DNA of 64,000 nucleotides from Acidobacteriota bacterium (GCA_017883185.1 JADGOB010000007.1:1000-64999), one strand, 5' to 3'; shown: positions 37,688 through 48,883, counted from the stretch's first letter. Notes: a model not told the origin generated them from the letters alone. Made by a program: numbers and translations.

Positions 37688-39079
37688 TCAACTGCCTGCG
37701 TCAGGATTCCCCCGTCTCTTCGCCTTGATCGCCTCCCACGCGTCGAGACGGCGTTTGATCTCCTTCTCGAATCCCCGCTCGGTCGGCCGGTAGTACTTTC
37801 GGCCGCGCAGGCCCTCGGGCAGGCAGTCCATCGCAGCCACCGCGTCGCGTTCCTCGTGCGCGTAACGGTAGCCCTTCCCGTACTCGAGTTCCTTCATCAA
37901 CGTGGTCGGCGCGTTTCGCAGGTGCAGCGGCACGGGTTCCGCGACGACGCGAAGCGCGTCGCTCGCGGCCTGCTGGTAGCCCACGTAGAGCGCGTTGCTC
38001 TTCGGCGCCGTCGAGAGGTAGACAACGGCCTGGGCCAGGGCGGTGTTGCCCTCCGGCATGCCGATGAAGTGCACCGCATCCTTGGCCGCGACCGCCACCA
38101 CGAGCGCCTGCGGGTCGGCAATGCCGATGTCTTCCGACGCGAACCGCACCAGGCGACGCGAGATGAAAAGCGGGTCCTCGCCGGCTTCGACCATCCGCGC
38201 CAGCCAGTACATCGCCGCGTCAGGGTCGCTGTTCCGCATCGACTTGTGCAGCGCCGAGATGAGGTTGTAGTGCTCCTCGCCGCTCTTGTCGTACAGGAGC
38301 GTTCGTCGCTGCGCCACCTGCGCCACGAAGGCCACGTCGAGATGGCGGCGGTGGCTGGCGGGGTCGGTCGGCGCCACCATGACGGCAGCCTCGAGCAGGT
38401 TGAGGGCCGTGCGCGCGTCGCCGTTGGCCAGCCGGGCAATCGCCTCCAGGGCGTCCGGCTCGACGTCGATCGCCTCGGCGCCGAGGCCGCGCTCTGCGTC
38501 GGCCAGCGCGCGGCGGAGGATGTCCAGCGTCGCCTCAGGCGAGAGCGGTCGCAGCACGTAGACCTGCGACCGGGAGAGGAGCGCCGAGTTCACCTCGAAC
38601 GACGGGTTCTCGGTCGTGGCGCCGATCAGGACGATGTCGCCGGTTTCCACGCGCGGCAGGAAGGCGTCCTGCTGCGCCTTGTTGAAGCGGTGGATTTCGT
38701 CCACGAACAGGATCGTCCGCCGGCCCATCTGGCGGCGAGCCTGCTCGGCCTCGGCCATCACCGCCTTGATCTCCTTGATGCCGGCGAGCACGGCGGTGAA
38801 CGAGATGAAGTGGGCGCGGGTGATGTGGGCGATGAGGCGCGCCAGCGTCGTCTTGCCGGTGCCGGGAGGGCCCCAGAGGAGGATCGACTGCAGGAGATCG
38901 CGCTCGATGGCCACTCGCAGCGGGCGTCCGGGTGCGAGCAGCGTGTCCTGCCCGACGAGTTCCTCGAAGGTCCGCGGCCTCATGCGGTCGGCCAGGGGGG
39001 CTTTGACCTCGTGCGGCTGCTGGTCGCCCGCGTTCCCGAACAAGTCGTCGGTGGTCATGGTCACGTCCTCGGACAGCAT
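37688..39079 (-). CDS. rarA: Replication-associated recombination protein A
   Basis: PLADRMRP, GPPGTGKTT, DEIHRFNKAQQD, SEDIG; start may be slightly downstream. Confidence 0.95.
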   Translation of the reverse strand: MLSEDVTMTTDDLFGNAGDQQPHEVKAPLADRMRPRTFEELVGQDTLLAPGRPLRVAIERDLLQSILLWGPPGTGKTTLARLIAHITRAHFISFTAVLAGIKEIKAVMAEAEQARRQMGRRTILFVDEIHRFNKAQQDAFLPRVETGDIVLIGATTENPSFEVNSALLSRSQVYVLRPLSPEATLDILRRALADAERGLGAEAIDVEPDALEAIARLANGDARTALNLLEAAVMVAPTDPASHRRHLDVAFVAQVAQRRTLLYDKSGEEHYNLISALHKSMRNSDPDAAMYWLARMVEAGEDPLFISRRLVRFASEDIGIADPQALVVAVAAKDAVHFIGMPEGNTALAQAVVYLSTAPKSNALYVGYQQAASDALRVVAEPVPLHLRNAPTTLMKELEYGKGYRYAHEERDAVAAMDCLPEGLRGRKYYRPTERGFEKEIKRRLDAWEAIKAKRRGNPDAGS

Positions 39080-39130
39080 AGCAGAGGCGCCTGCCGTCCG
39101 GTGGCGAGCCCGGTCTCATGACGGCAACGG

Positions 39131-39931
39131 TCAAACAGGCTCGCGCTGCCGCGCGGCTTCGTAGACGAGCAGGGCCGCCGCCACGGCGACGTTCAGCGAC
39201 TCTACCGGGGGCCGCATCGGGATCGACACGCGAGCGTCGGTGACCTCGAGCACGGCTTCGGAGAGTCCCGGGCCTTCGCCGCCGAGCACGAAGGCCGTCG
39301 GTTGCCGGAGGTCGAGACCGCGTGGGGCCTGCCCGCCTCGGGGAAGCGTGGCGAGGATCCGGACGGCTCTCTCCCGGGCGCCGGCCAGCGTCTCCCGGAC
39401 CGACACGCCGGTGGCCACTGGAAACCGCAGCGCGCTCCCCATCGACCCGCGGATCGCCTTCCATCCGAACGGGTCCGCGCACGCGCCGCAGAACACCACG
39501 CCCGTCGCGCCGCCCGCTTCGGACGCGCGCACGATGGCCCCGACATTCCCGGGCTCCTGGACATCGAGCGCGATGACGACGAGTTGGGGCGCGCGCGCGA
39601 ACACCCCCGCTAGCGACGAATGGGGACGAGAGGCGATCGCGACCACCCCGGACGGTGTGGAGACGGGACTCATGGCCGCCATCACCTTGTCCGAAACCTC
39701 GACGACCTCGGCCGCGTGGCCCGACAGCTCGGACAGAAGCCGGCCGCCCTCGTCGGTGGCCCGCAGGCGTGGGGTGAACGCGACCGTGTCCAGGGCGAGG
39801 CCGGCGCGCACGGCGTCGGCCAGGAGATGGATGCCGTCGAGGAGTACCCGGTCGTCACCACCGGCGCGGCCGCGGGCGAGCGAGCGACACGTCGCGACGA
39901 GAGGGTGGTGACGACTCGAAAGCTGCTTCAT
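39131..39931 (-). CDS. TrmH-family RNA methyltransferase
   Basis: QEPGNVGAIVR, GGEGPGL, ESLNVAVAA. Confidence 0.92.
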   Translation of the reverse strand: MKQLSSRHHPLVATCRSLARGRAGGDDRVLLDGIHLLADAVRAGLALDTVAFTPRLRATDEGGRLLSELSGHAAEVVEVSDKVMAAMSPVSTPSGVVAIASRPHSSLAGVFARAPQLVVIALDVQEPGNVGAIVRASEAGGATGVVFCGACADPFGWKAIRGSMGSALRFPVATGVSVRETLAGARERAVRILATLPRGGQAPRGLDLRQPTAFVLGGEGPGLSEAVLEVTDARVSIPMRPPVESLNVAVAAALLVYEAARQREPV

Positions 39932-40157
39932 CGCCGCGGTCTCCTGGCGCTTCACGTTCGCGCTGAGCCATGATACCCGCAGACAGCGTGCCTGGCAGCT
40001 GCCGTCTTCACCCGGCTCGACGGGTGTTCTGTGGCTACAGAACGAGGTCCGTGTGCTAGAATCGCGAATATTCGCGAGGAAAGCACTCGAACCTTGCACG
40101 GACGGGACTGACCTGTCTTCACTATCTGTGACGGCCTTGAGAACGGGACGCTGTCGG

Positions 40158-40631
40158 ATGTCTATCAGGGAACAACTGCTGAAGAAGTTCGAGGAGGAGA
40201 TCCAGGGACTCGAGCGCGAGTTGCGGACCGAGTTGCCCAAGGAGATCCAGCAGGCGCGGGAGCTGGGTGACCTCAGCGAGAACGCGGAGTACCAGGCGGC
40301 CAAGGAGCGTCAGCGCCTGATCGATGCGCGGATCGGGATGTTGAAGAAGCGTGTCGGTGAGATCTCCCTCCTGAACCTCGACAAACTGCCAATCGACAAG
40401 GTCGGGCTCGGTTCGATCGTCCACGTCACCGATAGCGGCGGGGAAACGATTGTCTATCGACTCGTCATGCCCGAAGAGGCGGATCCGTCCAAGGGGCTGA
40501 TCTCGCCGGGTTCTCCGATCGGTCGTGCGCTGCTGAACAAGGAGCCGGGCGACGAGGTCACCGTGCACGCCCCGAATGGCCGGCGCCGACTCGAGATCGT
40601 GAAGCTCGTGACCGTGCACGACGCCTTATGA
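40158..40631 (+). CDS. greA: Transcription elongation factor GreA/GreB
   Basis: ARELGDLSENAEYQAAKE, ISPGSPIGRALL. Confidence 0.92.
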   Translation: MSIREQLLKKFEEEIQGLERELRTELPKEIQQARELGDLSENAEYQAAKERQRLIDARIGMLKKRVGEISLLNLDKLPIDKVGLGSIVHVTDSGGETIVYRLVMPEEADPSKGLISPGSPIGRALLNKEPGDEVTVHAPNGRRRLEIVKLVTVHDAL

Positions 40632-40653
40632 CCGGGCGCCCGGGGGTCTTTCC

Positions 40654-42186
40654 ATGACCGGCGAGCCCACACCCACGCGCGACGCCTATTCACCCCTGTC
40701 GCGGACCGCGCTCGTGCTCACGGGCTGCGGGACGGCCGGTGCCTACCACGCGGGCGTCCTTCGCGCCTTTCAGGAAGCGGGCGTCAAGATCGACCTGGTG
40801 GCGGGTACGGGCATGGGGGTCGCGTCCGCGGTGTTTGCCGCGATCGACGGCGGCGGCCGCCTGTGGGACGCCGACGGCCTCTGGCGATCGCCGGCCGCGT
40901 CCCACTACTACCGGGTACGTGCCGCGTTGCGGACGGCCGGCTGGGCGCTGGCGGCGTCGCTGTCCGTCGTGCTGCTGCCGCTTCTCGCGCTCGCGGCCGG
41001 TCTCCTGGTCTACCCGCTCGGCTTTCTCCTTCGCCTGGCCGGCATGTCATCGGCCGGGATCGTCGCGCGCGCGTACACGTCGCTGGTGGAGACGGCGTTC
41101 GACCCCGAGTTCCTGCCGGCCGTTCTTCCGCGGGCGTTCCTCATCTCTCTCTCGCTGTTCGTCGGCACGCTGGGCCTGTTGGCGCTCGTCGTCCTGATCA
41201 CCGGGCGCGGTCGTCGACGGGACGATGCGCCGATCTGGTGGAGGATTGTCGGTGCGCCGCTGTCCGCGACCGGGGCCGCGACGGCGATCTCGCGAGGTCT
41301 CTGGCAGCTGGTGGGCGGCGCGGCAGGCGCACGCCGGCCGGGTCCCGTGGACCTCGGCCGCGCCTACACGGAGCTGCTCCGCGAGAACCTCGGGCAGCCG
41401 GGTTTTCGCGAACTCCTGTTGACCGTGCACGACGTGGACATGCGTCGCGACCTCGTGTTCGCGATGCTCGGGGATCGACACCGTCGCGACTTCTTCCGTT
41501 CGAGTGCCGGGCCGGGCGGTGATCGCCGCCTCTCGGAGGGGTTTGACCTGGCCGGGGTCAGCCGCGATCACCTGATGGATGCAGCGCTGGCGGGGATCAG
41601 CCTCCCGGTGGCGACCGAGGTGCAGATGATAGGGTTCCCGCCGGAGAGCTACTGGTGCGGGGAAGTGCACCGCGTCTCGTCGCGTCCCGGCGCGGTCGAT
41701 CGCGTGCTCGACGAGCTGCTGCTCGCGGGCGTCGAGCAGGTGGTCGTCGTGTCGCCGTTCCCCGAGCTGGAAGGGCCCCACCGCCTGACCGTGCCGCGAA
41801 GCGACTGGCGTGGACGCGTCAGCGACTACCTGGCCGGGGCCGAGGCGGCGGCGCTGCGATCGGCCGTCGCGGTTCATCGGCCGTTCCGGTGCCTGTTCGT
41901 TGTGCGTCCCTCCTACAACCCGGTCGGCCCGCTGGATGTCGGCGGGTGCTACGACCAGCGTTCAGACCGCACCGTCACGCTGGGCGAATTGATGGACCGT
42001 GGCTACGAGGACGCGTATCGCCAGTTCATCGACCCGGTGGTCGGCGCCAGCGGCGAGCGGCTCGAGGCGGTGAGCGGGCGGCGTGGCTGGGGCGGGGGCG
42101 TGGCCCAGGGGCCGGTCGCCCTGGGTCCGCAACGTGACGGAGCAACGAGCGAGGGCGGGGCGGCACCGGACGACGGAGGCGTATGA
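40654..42186 (+). CDS. Patatin-like membrane protein, probably catalytically degenerate
   Basis: ALVLTGCGTAGAYHAGVLRA..., AGTGMG in place of GxSxG; hydrophobic insert. Confidence 0.7.
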   Translation: MTGEPTPTRDAYSPLSRTALVLTGCGTAGAYHAGVLRAFQEAGVKIDLVAGTGMGVASAVFAAIDGGGRLWDADGLWRSPAASHYYRVRAALRTAGWALAASLSVVLLPLLALAAGLLVYPLGFLLRLAGMSSAGIVARAYTSLVETAFDPEFLPAVLPRAFLISLSLFVGTLGLLALVVLITGRGRRRDDAPIWWRIVGAPLSATGAATAISRGLWQLVGGAAGARRPGPVDLGRAYTELLRENLGQPGFRELLLTVHDVDMRRDLVFAMLGDRHRRDFFRSSAGPGGDRRLSEGFDLAGVSRDHLMDAALAGISLPVATEVQMIGFPPESYWCGEVHRVSSRPGAVDRVLDELLLAGVEQVVVVSPFPELEGPHRLTVPRSDWRGRVSDYLAGAEAAALRSAVAVHRPFRCLFVVRPSYNPVGPLDVGGCYDQRSDRTVTLGELMDRGYEDAYRQFIDPVVGASGERLEAVSGRRGWGGGVAQGPVALGPQRDGATSEGGAAPDDGGV

Positions 42187-43352
42187 AGCAGAGAGGACTC
42201 TCTACCGAGTTGATTCACCGCGGCGAGGACGCGCCCGTGCGCGCCGACTCGGTGAACGTGCCGATCTACGAGACGACGACGTTCCTGTTCGAGAGCGCCG
42301 ACGAAGTACGACGCTACCAGGAAGGGACGCTCGACAAGTATCTCTACTCGCGCTACGCGAACCCGACGGTCGTGGTGACGGAGCAGAAGATTGCGGCGCT
42401 CGATCGGGCGGAAGCGGCGCTTGTCTTCGCGTCGGGGATGGCCGCGTCGTCCACGTTGCTGCTCACCTTCCTGAACCCCGGGGACGAACTGCTGTGCAGC
42501 GCGGCGACCTACGGCGGCACGTTTCACCTCGTGAACGACGTGCTCACTCGGTTCAAGATCGCCGTGCGCTTTGCCACGATCGAGGAGCTTGCCGACCCGG
42601 ACCGCTTGATCGGCAGTCGGACCCGGATGTGCTGGATCGAGTCGCCGATCAACCCGACGCTCCGGTGCCTGGACATTGCGCGGGTGGCCCGGGCCTGCCG
42701 GGAAAGGGGCGTGCTGTCGGTGCTCGACAACACCTTCGCGAGCCCGATCAACCAGCAACCGCTCGCGCTGGGCGTCGATCTCGCGATGCAGAGCGCCACG
42801 AAGTACCTGAACGGGCATTCGGATGTGACAGGCGGGGCCGTGTCGGGGTCCCGCGAGTTGCTGCAGCGCGTGGACATGATGAGGCGGCTCCTGGGCCCGG
42901 TCATGGACCCGCAGGCCGCATTTGCCCTGGCGCGCGGCCTCAAGACGCTCCCTGTCCGGATGGCGCGCCACAACGCGTCGGCCGAGGCGGCGGCCAGGTT
43001 CCTCGAGCAGGATCGTCGGGTCATACGGGTGTTCTACCCGGGTCTCTCGTCGCACCCGGACCACGAGGTCGCGCGCGCGCAGATGTCAGGGTTCAGCGGC
43101 ATGGTGACCTTCGAGGTCGCCGGTGGCCTGGAGGGGGCCTCGCGCGTGTTCGACCGGTTCCAGGTGATTCGGCGCGCGACGAGCCTTGGCGGCGTGGACA
43201 GTCTTGTCAGCCTCCCGGTCCTGACCTCGCACTACAACTACGGCGAGGAGGAACTCGGGCGCGCAGGCGTGACAGCGGGCATGCTGAGGGTTTCGATTGG
43301 ACTGGAAGACGAGGCAGACCTGATCGAGGACCTCGACCAGGCGCTTGGCTAG
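42183..43352 (+). CDS. PLP-dependent trans-sulfuration enzyme (cystathionine gamma-synthase/lyase family)
   Basis: YSRYANPT, FASGMAA, ESPINP, DNTFASP, SATKYLNGHSD, SLGG. Confidence 0.92.
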   Translation: MKQRGLSTELIHRGEDAPVRADSVNVPIYETTTFLFESADEVRRYQEGTLDKYLYSRYANPTVVVTEQKIAALDRAEAALVFASGMAASSTLLLTFLNPGDELLCSAATYGGTFHLVNDVLTRFKIAVRFATIEELADPDRLIGSRTRMCWIESPINPTLRCLDIARVARACRERGVLSVLDNTFASPINQQPLALGVDLAMQSATKYLNGHSDVTGGAVSGSRELLQRVDMMRRLLGPVMDPQAAFALARGLKTLPVRMARHNASAEAAARFLEQDRRVIRVFYPGLSSHPDHEVARAQMSGFSGMVTFEVAGGLEGASRVFDRFQVIRRATSLGGVDSLVSLPVLTSHYNYGEEELGRAGVTAGMLRVSIGLEDEADLIEDLDQALG

Positions 43353-43358
43353 CAACCC

Positions 43359-44792
43359 CTACGCTTTGGCCGTCTCTTTCTTCTTTTCGGGTGCCTGGTG
43401 CTCGCGGAGGAACTGCACCGCCGTCTCGAGGAGCAGTTCGCTGAGCCGGACGCCTTCGAGCGCCCCGAACTTCTCGCGGAAGCGGGCCATCGGGACCACG
43501 GCCTTGGCCATCGACCGGTGACCGCCGGCGCTGCCCAGGGAAGAGAAACACTTCCGGACGTACTCGCCGGCGTTACGCGAATAGCCGAGGTTCCTGACCG
43601 ACAGCACGAGCATCTCGTTGACGACACCCGCGATGATCGTCCACTTGATGTCCTCGAGCTGTAGGTAGAAGTCGGCGACGTAGGCAACCAGGTCTTCGCG
43701 CGGCGTCTGGCCCATGAAGGCGCAGAATACCTGGTCTTCCCTGCGGCCCGCCTGGAACGCCTTCATCACGTACTCGAGGCGCTCGAGCGTCACTTCCGTT
43801 CCTTCCATCTTCCGGATCAGTGTGGCGTCGGCCAGCGGGTAGAGGAACGAGAAGGCTTCGAGATCGACCCGGTTGGCCTGGCGGTTGAAGAAGAGCGTGT
43901 CAGACTTGATGGCGTAGAGCAGGGCGGTCGCAGTCCGTTCGGAGATGTTCACGTCGACCGCGCGCAGGTGCTCGGTCAGGATGGTCGAGGTCGAGCCATA
44001 GTCGGACCTGATGTCCTTGAAGATCGTGCTGTAGCCCGGCTGGGGCGGGTGATGATCGATCACGAGATCGACGGTGTTCATCAGGTCGCCGAAGTAGTGG
44101 GGCTGGACGTCCACCATCGCGATCCGATCGAACTCGCCGAGCGAGGCCGGCGTGATCGATTCCACCTGGATGTCCAGCAGGTTGGCCATCCGGAGGTTCT
44201 CCGGCCTCGTCACGCCCTGCAGGGTGCCGAGGATGGCGGTCGCTTTCGTCCGCCGCAGGATGTTCCGCAGCGCGAGGCCGCCGGCCATCGCGTCCGGGTC
44301 CGGGTCGTTGTGCATGAGAATCAGCACGCGGTCCGCATCCGCGAAGTAGCGCTGGTACTGCTGCACGCGCGCACGGGTCAGCGAGCGGCTGATCTGGGTG
44401 ACCAGCGGGGCGCCGAACAACTCCGTCATCGTGAGGTAAGAGACCTCGGGAAACGCCGCCCGAAGCTCGTCCTCGCGACGACTCCCCGCGCCCGCGCCCG
44501 TGGCGAGTACGTAGATCAGCGTCGCGCCCGCGTCGCAAATCGCCGTCAGCGTCTTCTTCAGGCCGGGCCGGTTGTTGTCTTCGACGATGACGCAGGTGGT
44601 GGGGGAGAGGTCGGCCTTGAGGTACGTGTCGGTCCGGTGAAGGTCCCCGGGTGACACCTTGACCCCGACCTCGTGAAGCCGCCGTGCGAGCGGGCGGCTC
44701 TCGACCAGGAACTCAGTCTCGAAGCTGGACATCAGCGCGGTTTCCAGCATTCGCACGACGAGTTCGGTCTGACAGACGGCCAAGCACCTCAT
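43359..44792 (-). CDS. DHH/DHHA1 phosphoesterase with extra N-terminal domain
   Basis: HNDPDPDA, VIDHH, SDT, AGGH. Confidence 0.88.
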   Translation of the reverse strand: MRCLAVCQTELVVRMLETALMSSFETEFLVESRPLARRLHEVGVKVSPGDLHRTDTYLKADLSPTTCVIVEDNNRPGLKKTLTAICDAGATLIYVLATGAGAGSRREDELRAAFPEVSYLTMTELFGAPLVTQISRSLTRARVQQYQRYFADADRVLILMHNDPDPDAMAGGLALRNILRRTKATAILGTLQGVTRPENLRMANLLDIQVESITPASLGEFDRIAMVDVQPHYFGDLMNTVDLVIDHHPPQPGYSTIFKDIRSDYGSTSTILTEHLRAVDVNISERTATALLYAIKSDTLFFNRQANRVDLEAFSFLYPLADATLIRKMEGTEVTLERLEYVMKAFQAGRREDQVFCAFMGQTPREDLVAYVADFYLQLEDIKWTIIAGVVNEMLVLSVRNLGYSRNAGEYVRKCFSSLGSAGGHRSMAKAVVPMARFREKFGALEGVRLSELLLETAVQFLREHQAPEKKKETAKA

Positions 44793-44949
44793 CGTGCGGC
44801 CAGAGTCCCTGGGATAATGGAGAGATGACGGTCCATCGGCGCCAAGCTCCTATTATACTCAAACAGGCACGACGGTACGGAATACGATGCGGGTGCCGCC
44901 AGGACGTAACGGTGACCCGGTGCCACCGCGAGGCCGGCAGGGGGAACGG

Positions 44950-45930
44950 ATGACAAGCGAGAGCAGGGTGAAAGCGGCCGCGGCCATCCTCTGCGTGCTC
45001 GGGACGGTCGTCGTCGTCTTCTCGCAGGGCGGGCAGCCGACCTTCCGGAGCGGCGTGGACATCGTCAACTTCGGCGTGACGGTCGTGGACAAGAAGGGGA
45101 ACGACCTGACCGACCTCGAGGAAGGCGACTTCGAGGTCTACGAGGATGGCCAGAAACAGGCGCTGCGCTTCTTCGTGCCCTGCGACGCGCGGCCGGGCCG
45201 GAGCGCCGACGCCCCGCCGGGCCGGAGCGCCGGCGCCCCGCGACTTCCGCCGGCCGAGCTCCATCTGGGCGCGCTGTTCGACATCAGCGGGAGCATGGAT
45301 GCGGACATGCAGTTCGCCCGGAGTGCCGCGATCAAGTTTCTCAACACCCTGAGCGAGGCGCGGGACTTCACGCTGGTGGACTTCGACACCGAGGTCCGTG
45401 TTGCGCGGTACAGCCAGTCGGAATTCGGCCGCCTCGTGGAACGGATTCGCAGCCGCAAGGCCGAGGGGTACACGGCCTTGTGGGACGCGATCGGGGTCTA
45501 CCTCGACGGCGCGTCGGGGCAGGAGGGACGGAAGATCCTCGTGCTGTACACGGATGGCGGCGACAACGCGAGCAGCATCTCGTTCAGCGATCTGACCGAT
45601 CTCCTGAAAGCCTCCGACGTCACCGTTCATGCCATCGGGTTCCTGGAGCACCAGCCTGCGAGCGTGCGGCAGGACCTGCGCTCCCGGTTGCAGCGCCTGG
45701 CGGAGATCACCGGTGGCCAGGCGTTCTTCCCGATGTCGATGCGCGACCTGGAGAGCGCCTATGGCAAGGTGGCGGCGGAAATCGACGCCCAGTATTCGAT
45801 GGGCTACGTGTCCACGAACACCAAGACCGACGGGACGTGGCGGAAGGTGGCGATCAAGGTGACGCGGCCGGGCCTGAAGGACATCCGGGTGCGGACCCGC
45901 CAGGGGTATTTCGCTCTGCTGAAACGGTAG
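44950..45930 (+). CDS. Secreted VWA-domain protein (acidobacterial type)
   Basis: Signal-like N-terminus, [50 protein letters not shown]. Confidence 0.88.
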   Translation: MTSESRVKAAAAILCVLGTVVVVFSQGGQPTFRSGVDIVNFGVTVVDKKGNDLTDLEEGDFEVYEDGQKQALRFFVPCDARPGRSADAPPGRSAGAPRLPPAELHLGALFDISGSMDADMQFARSAAIKFLNTLSEARDFTLVDFDTEVRVARYSQSEFGRLVERIRSRKAEGYTALWDAIGVYLDGASGQEGRKILVLYTDGGDNASSISFSDLTDLLKASDVTVHAIGFLEHQPASVRQDLRSRLQRLAEITGGQAFFPMSMRDLESAYGKVAAEIDAQYSMGYVSTNTKTDGTWRKVAIKVTRPGLKDIRVRTRQGYFALLKR

Positions 45931-45954
45931 GGGCGCGAGGCCTGCCTCGCCCCT
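45927..45954. repeat. GTAG-type REP-like palindrome
   Basis: gtaggggcgcgaggcctgcctcgcccct. Confidence 0.6.
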
Positions 45955-46030
45955 GAGGATTGGGACGGTCTCGACACTCACGGGCGTCGCGACGCCGGGC
46001 GCCGGTCGCGCCTGTGGTACGATCCTGCTC

Positions 46031-48037
46031 GTGCCCGACCGCTTCAATCTCGTCTCCGATTTCGAGCTGCGCGGCGACCAGCAGCGAGCCATCGCGGAAC
46101 TCGTGGAGGCGCTCGGGCGCGGCGATGCTCACCAGGTGCTGCTCGGGGTTACGGGCTCCGGAAAGACGTTCACGATGGCGCAGGTGATGGCGCGCGTGAA
46201 CCGCCCCTCGCTGGTGATGGTCCACAACAAGACGCTTGCCGCCCAGCTCTTCCAGGAGTTCCGGCGGTTCTTCCCCGACAACGCCGTCGAGTACTTCGTC
46301 AGCTACTACGATTACTACCAGCCGGAGGCCTACGTTCCGGCCAGCGACACCTACATCGAGAAGGAAGCGACGATCAACGACGAGATCGATCGCATGCGGC
46401 TGTCGGCCACGCGGTCGCTCTTCGATCGCCGCGACGTCATCATCGTCGCCAGCGTGTCGTGCATCTACGGCCTGGGGTCGCCGGAAGCCTACTACGGCAT
46501 GATGCTGCCGCTCGAGATGGGGCAGCGGATCGATCGCGAACAGATCCTGCGGAAACTCGTGGACATCCAGTACGAGCGCAACGACGTGGAGTTCGGGCGC
46601 GGCACCTTCCGGGTGCGCGGCGACATCATCGAGGTGTACCCGTCCTACGAAGAGCAGGCGGTGCGTATCGGGCTGTTCGGCGACGAGGTGGACGAGCTGG
46701 TGGTGTTCGACCCGCTGACCGGCCGCACCTCCCGTCGGCACGACCGGCTGGCGATCTTCCCGAAGACGCACTTCGTGACCCCGCGAGAGCGGACCCGGAA
46801 GGCCATCGAGTCGATCAAGGCGGAGCTGGTGGAACGCCGCTCGCTGCTCGAATCGGAAGGCAAGCTGCTCGAGGCGCAGCGCCTGCACCAGCGCACGATG
46901 TTCGACCTGGAGATGATCCGCGAGATCGGGTACTGCCACGGGATCGAGAACTACGCGCGTCACCTGACGGGCCGCGCGCCCGGCGAACCGCCGCCGACGC
47001 TGCTCGACTACCTGCCCGCCGACGCGGTCGTGTTCGTGGACGAGAGCCATCAGACGGTCCCGCAGATCCGCGGGATGTACCATGGGGATCGATCGCGGAA
47101 GGACGTGCTGGTCAACTACGGCTTCCGCCTCCCGTCGGCGCTCGACAACCGGCCGCTCACCTTCGAGGAATGGCAGGCGCGCGCGCACCAGGTGGTGTTC
47201 GTGTCGGCGACGCCCGGCCCCTTCGAACTGCGGGCCTCCGGCGGCGTCGTCGTGGAGCAGATCATCCGGCCGACCGGCCTGACGGACCCGCCGATCGAGA
47301 TCCGGCCGGTGAAGGGGCAGGTGGACGATCTCCTGGGTGAAATCCGCGGGCGAGCGGCCCTGAAGGAGCGCGTGCTCGTTACGACGCTGACCAAGCGGAT
47401 GGCCGAGGATTTGACCCAATACTACCAGGAACTGGGCGTCCGCGTGCGCTACTTGCATTCGGACATCGACACGCTTGAGCGCGTCGAGATCCTCCGCGAT
47501 CTGCGTCGGGGCGAATTCGACGTGCTGATTGGCATCAATCTGCTCAGGGAAGGGCTCGACCTGCCGGAAGTCTCGCTCGTGGCGATCCTGGACGCGGACA
47601 AGGAGGGGTTCTTGCGCTCTGCCGGGTCGTTGATCCAGACGTCCGGTCGAGCCGCGCGCAACGTGAACGGGCGCGTGCTCATGTACGCGGACACCATGAC
47701 CGAGTCGATGCGTGTGGCCATCGCCGAGACGGACCGACGACGCCACGTCCAGGAAGCCTACAACGTCGAGCACGGGATCACCCCCGCGTCGATCGTCAAG
47801 CAGATCGACGATGTGCTGTCGAGCGTCTACGAGCGCGACTACATGGCGGTGCCGGATCCCGAGGCGGCGCCGGGATTCCGCACGCAGGCCGAACTGGACG
47901 CGCACGTCGCGGGGCTGGAGCGGCACATGCGCGACGCGGCGGCCAACCTCGACTTCGAGAGGGCGGCCACCCTGCGTGACCGCATCAAGGTGCTGAAGCG
48001 CCGGGAGCTCGGGCTCGGGGCAGCGGCCGAGCGGTGA
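46031..48037 (+). CDS. uvrB: Excinuclease ABC subunit B
   Basis: [37 protein letters not shown]. Confidence 0.98.
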   Translation: MPDRFNLVSDFELRGDQQRAIAELVEALGRGDAHQVLLGVTGSGKTFTMAQVMARVNRPSLVMVHNKTLAAQLFQEFRRFFPDNAVEYFVSYYDYYQPEAYVPASDTYIEKEATINDEIDRMRLSATRSLFDRRDVIIVASVSCIYGLGSPEAYYGMMLPLEMGQRIDREQILRKLVDIQYERNDVEFGRGTFRVRGDIIEVYPSYEEQAVRIGLFGDEVDELVVFDPLTGRTSRRHDRLAIFPKTHFVTPRERTRKAIESIKAELVERRSLLESEGKLLEAQRLHQRTMFDLEMIREIGYCHGIENYARHLTGRAPGEPPPTLLDYLPADAVVFVDESHQTVPQIRGMYHGDRSRKDVLVNYGFRLPSALDNRPLTFEEWQARAHQVVFVSATPGPFELRASGGVVVEQIIRPTGLTDPPIEIRPVKGQVDDLLGEIRGRAALKERVLVTTLTKRMAEDLTQYYQELGVRVRYLHSDIDTLERVEILRDLRRGEFDVLIGINLLREGLDLPEVSLVAILDADKEGFLRSAGSLIQTSGRAARNVNGRVLMYADTMTESMRVAIAETDRRRHVQEAYNVEHGITPASIVKQIDDVLSSVYERDYMAVPDPEAAPGFRTQAELDAHVAGLERHMRDAAANLDFERAATLRDRIKVLKRRELGLGAAAER

Positions 48038-48188
48038 CCGCGTGGCGTCGATGGCCCGCCTCGAGCCGTTGAAGGAAAAACTCGGTCAAGGCCAGGGAAC
48101 GGCTGGACAGTTGCTGCAAGACAGGCAACTATATGAGAACATGAAGGCAGGATTCTGCTGAGGGTGCCTGTCTTCAAAGGAGAACGTC

Positions 48189-48461
48189 ATGAGTGACGAG
48201 AGCGGCGGTGCGGGCAAGATTGTGACAGCCTTTGTCCTTGGCGCGGCGGCGGGTGCGGCGGTCGCACTGCTGTTCGCGCCGGCGGCAGGGAAGGAAACGC
48301 GCGAGTTCCTGACCGAGAAGGCCCGCGAAGGTCGCGAGAAGGCGGCCGAGGCGGCCCGCCAGACGCGCGAGGCGCTGGCCCGCCAGCGCGAGACCATCAG
48401 CTCCGCGATTGAGCGCGGCCGCGATGCGTATAGGGAGGCCCGCGAAAAGGAGACAGCGTGA
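48189..48461 (+). CDS. YtxH-like protein
   Basis: FVLGAAAGAAVALLFAPAAGKETRE followed by coiled coil; RBS aggag. Confidence 0.85.
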   Translation: MSDESGGAGKIVTAFVLGAAAGAAVALLFAPAAGKETREFLTEKAREGREKAAEAARQTREALARQRETISSAIERGRDAYREAREKETA

Positions 48462-48883
48462 GCACGACGGCGGTTGTGTTACTGGGTGTCATCGCCCTCG
48501 CCACCTTCGTGATGGCAGCGTTTCAGATCGGGCTGTTCATCGTCGCCGCCCGCCTGGCCAGGAGGCTGGAAGAGCTGGGCACGAGGATCGAACAGGAGAT
48601 CCGGCCGCTCGTGTCCGATGCCACGGTCGTGGTCGCAAACGCCGCGCGCGTGAGCGAGCTGGCAGTCGCGCAGGTGGAACGCGCGGACCGCGTGTTGGCC
48701 GATCTCGCGCAGCGTGTCGACGACGCGAGCCGGCTCGTCCAGGGTGCCCTTCTGGCCCCCGTTCGCGAAGGTCGCGCCTTGCTGGCGGGGATCGGCGCTG
48801 CCATTGGCGCGGTTCGCGAGGTCCGGCAGGCTCGCGCGCAGGCGCTCGGCATGGACGACGACGATCCGTTGTTCATCGGCTGA
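48458..48883 (+). CDS. Membrane-anchored coiled-coil protein (YtxG/DUF948-like)
   Basis: N-terminal TM, helical body; overlaps ytxH-like stop (GTGA). Confidence 0.7.
   Translation: MSTTAVVLLGVIALATFVMAAFQIGLFIVAARLARRLEELGTRIEQEIRPLVSDATVVVANAARVSELAVAQVERADRVLADLAQRVDDASRLVQGALLAPVREGRALLAGIGAAIGAVREVRQARAQALGMDDDDPLFIG

Noticed and set aside
48103..48120. Sigma54 promoter upstream of the ytxH-like gene (tggacagttgctgca)
   Set aside because: GG-to-GC spacing is 9 rather than the required 10 nt
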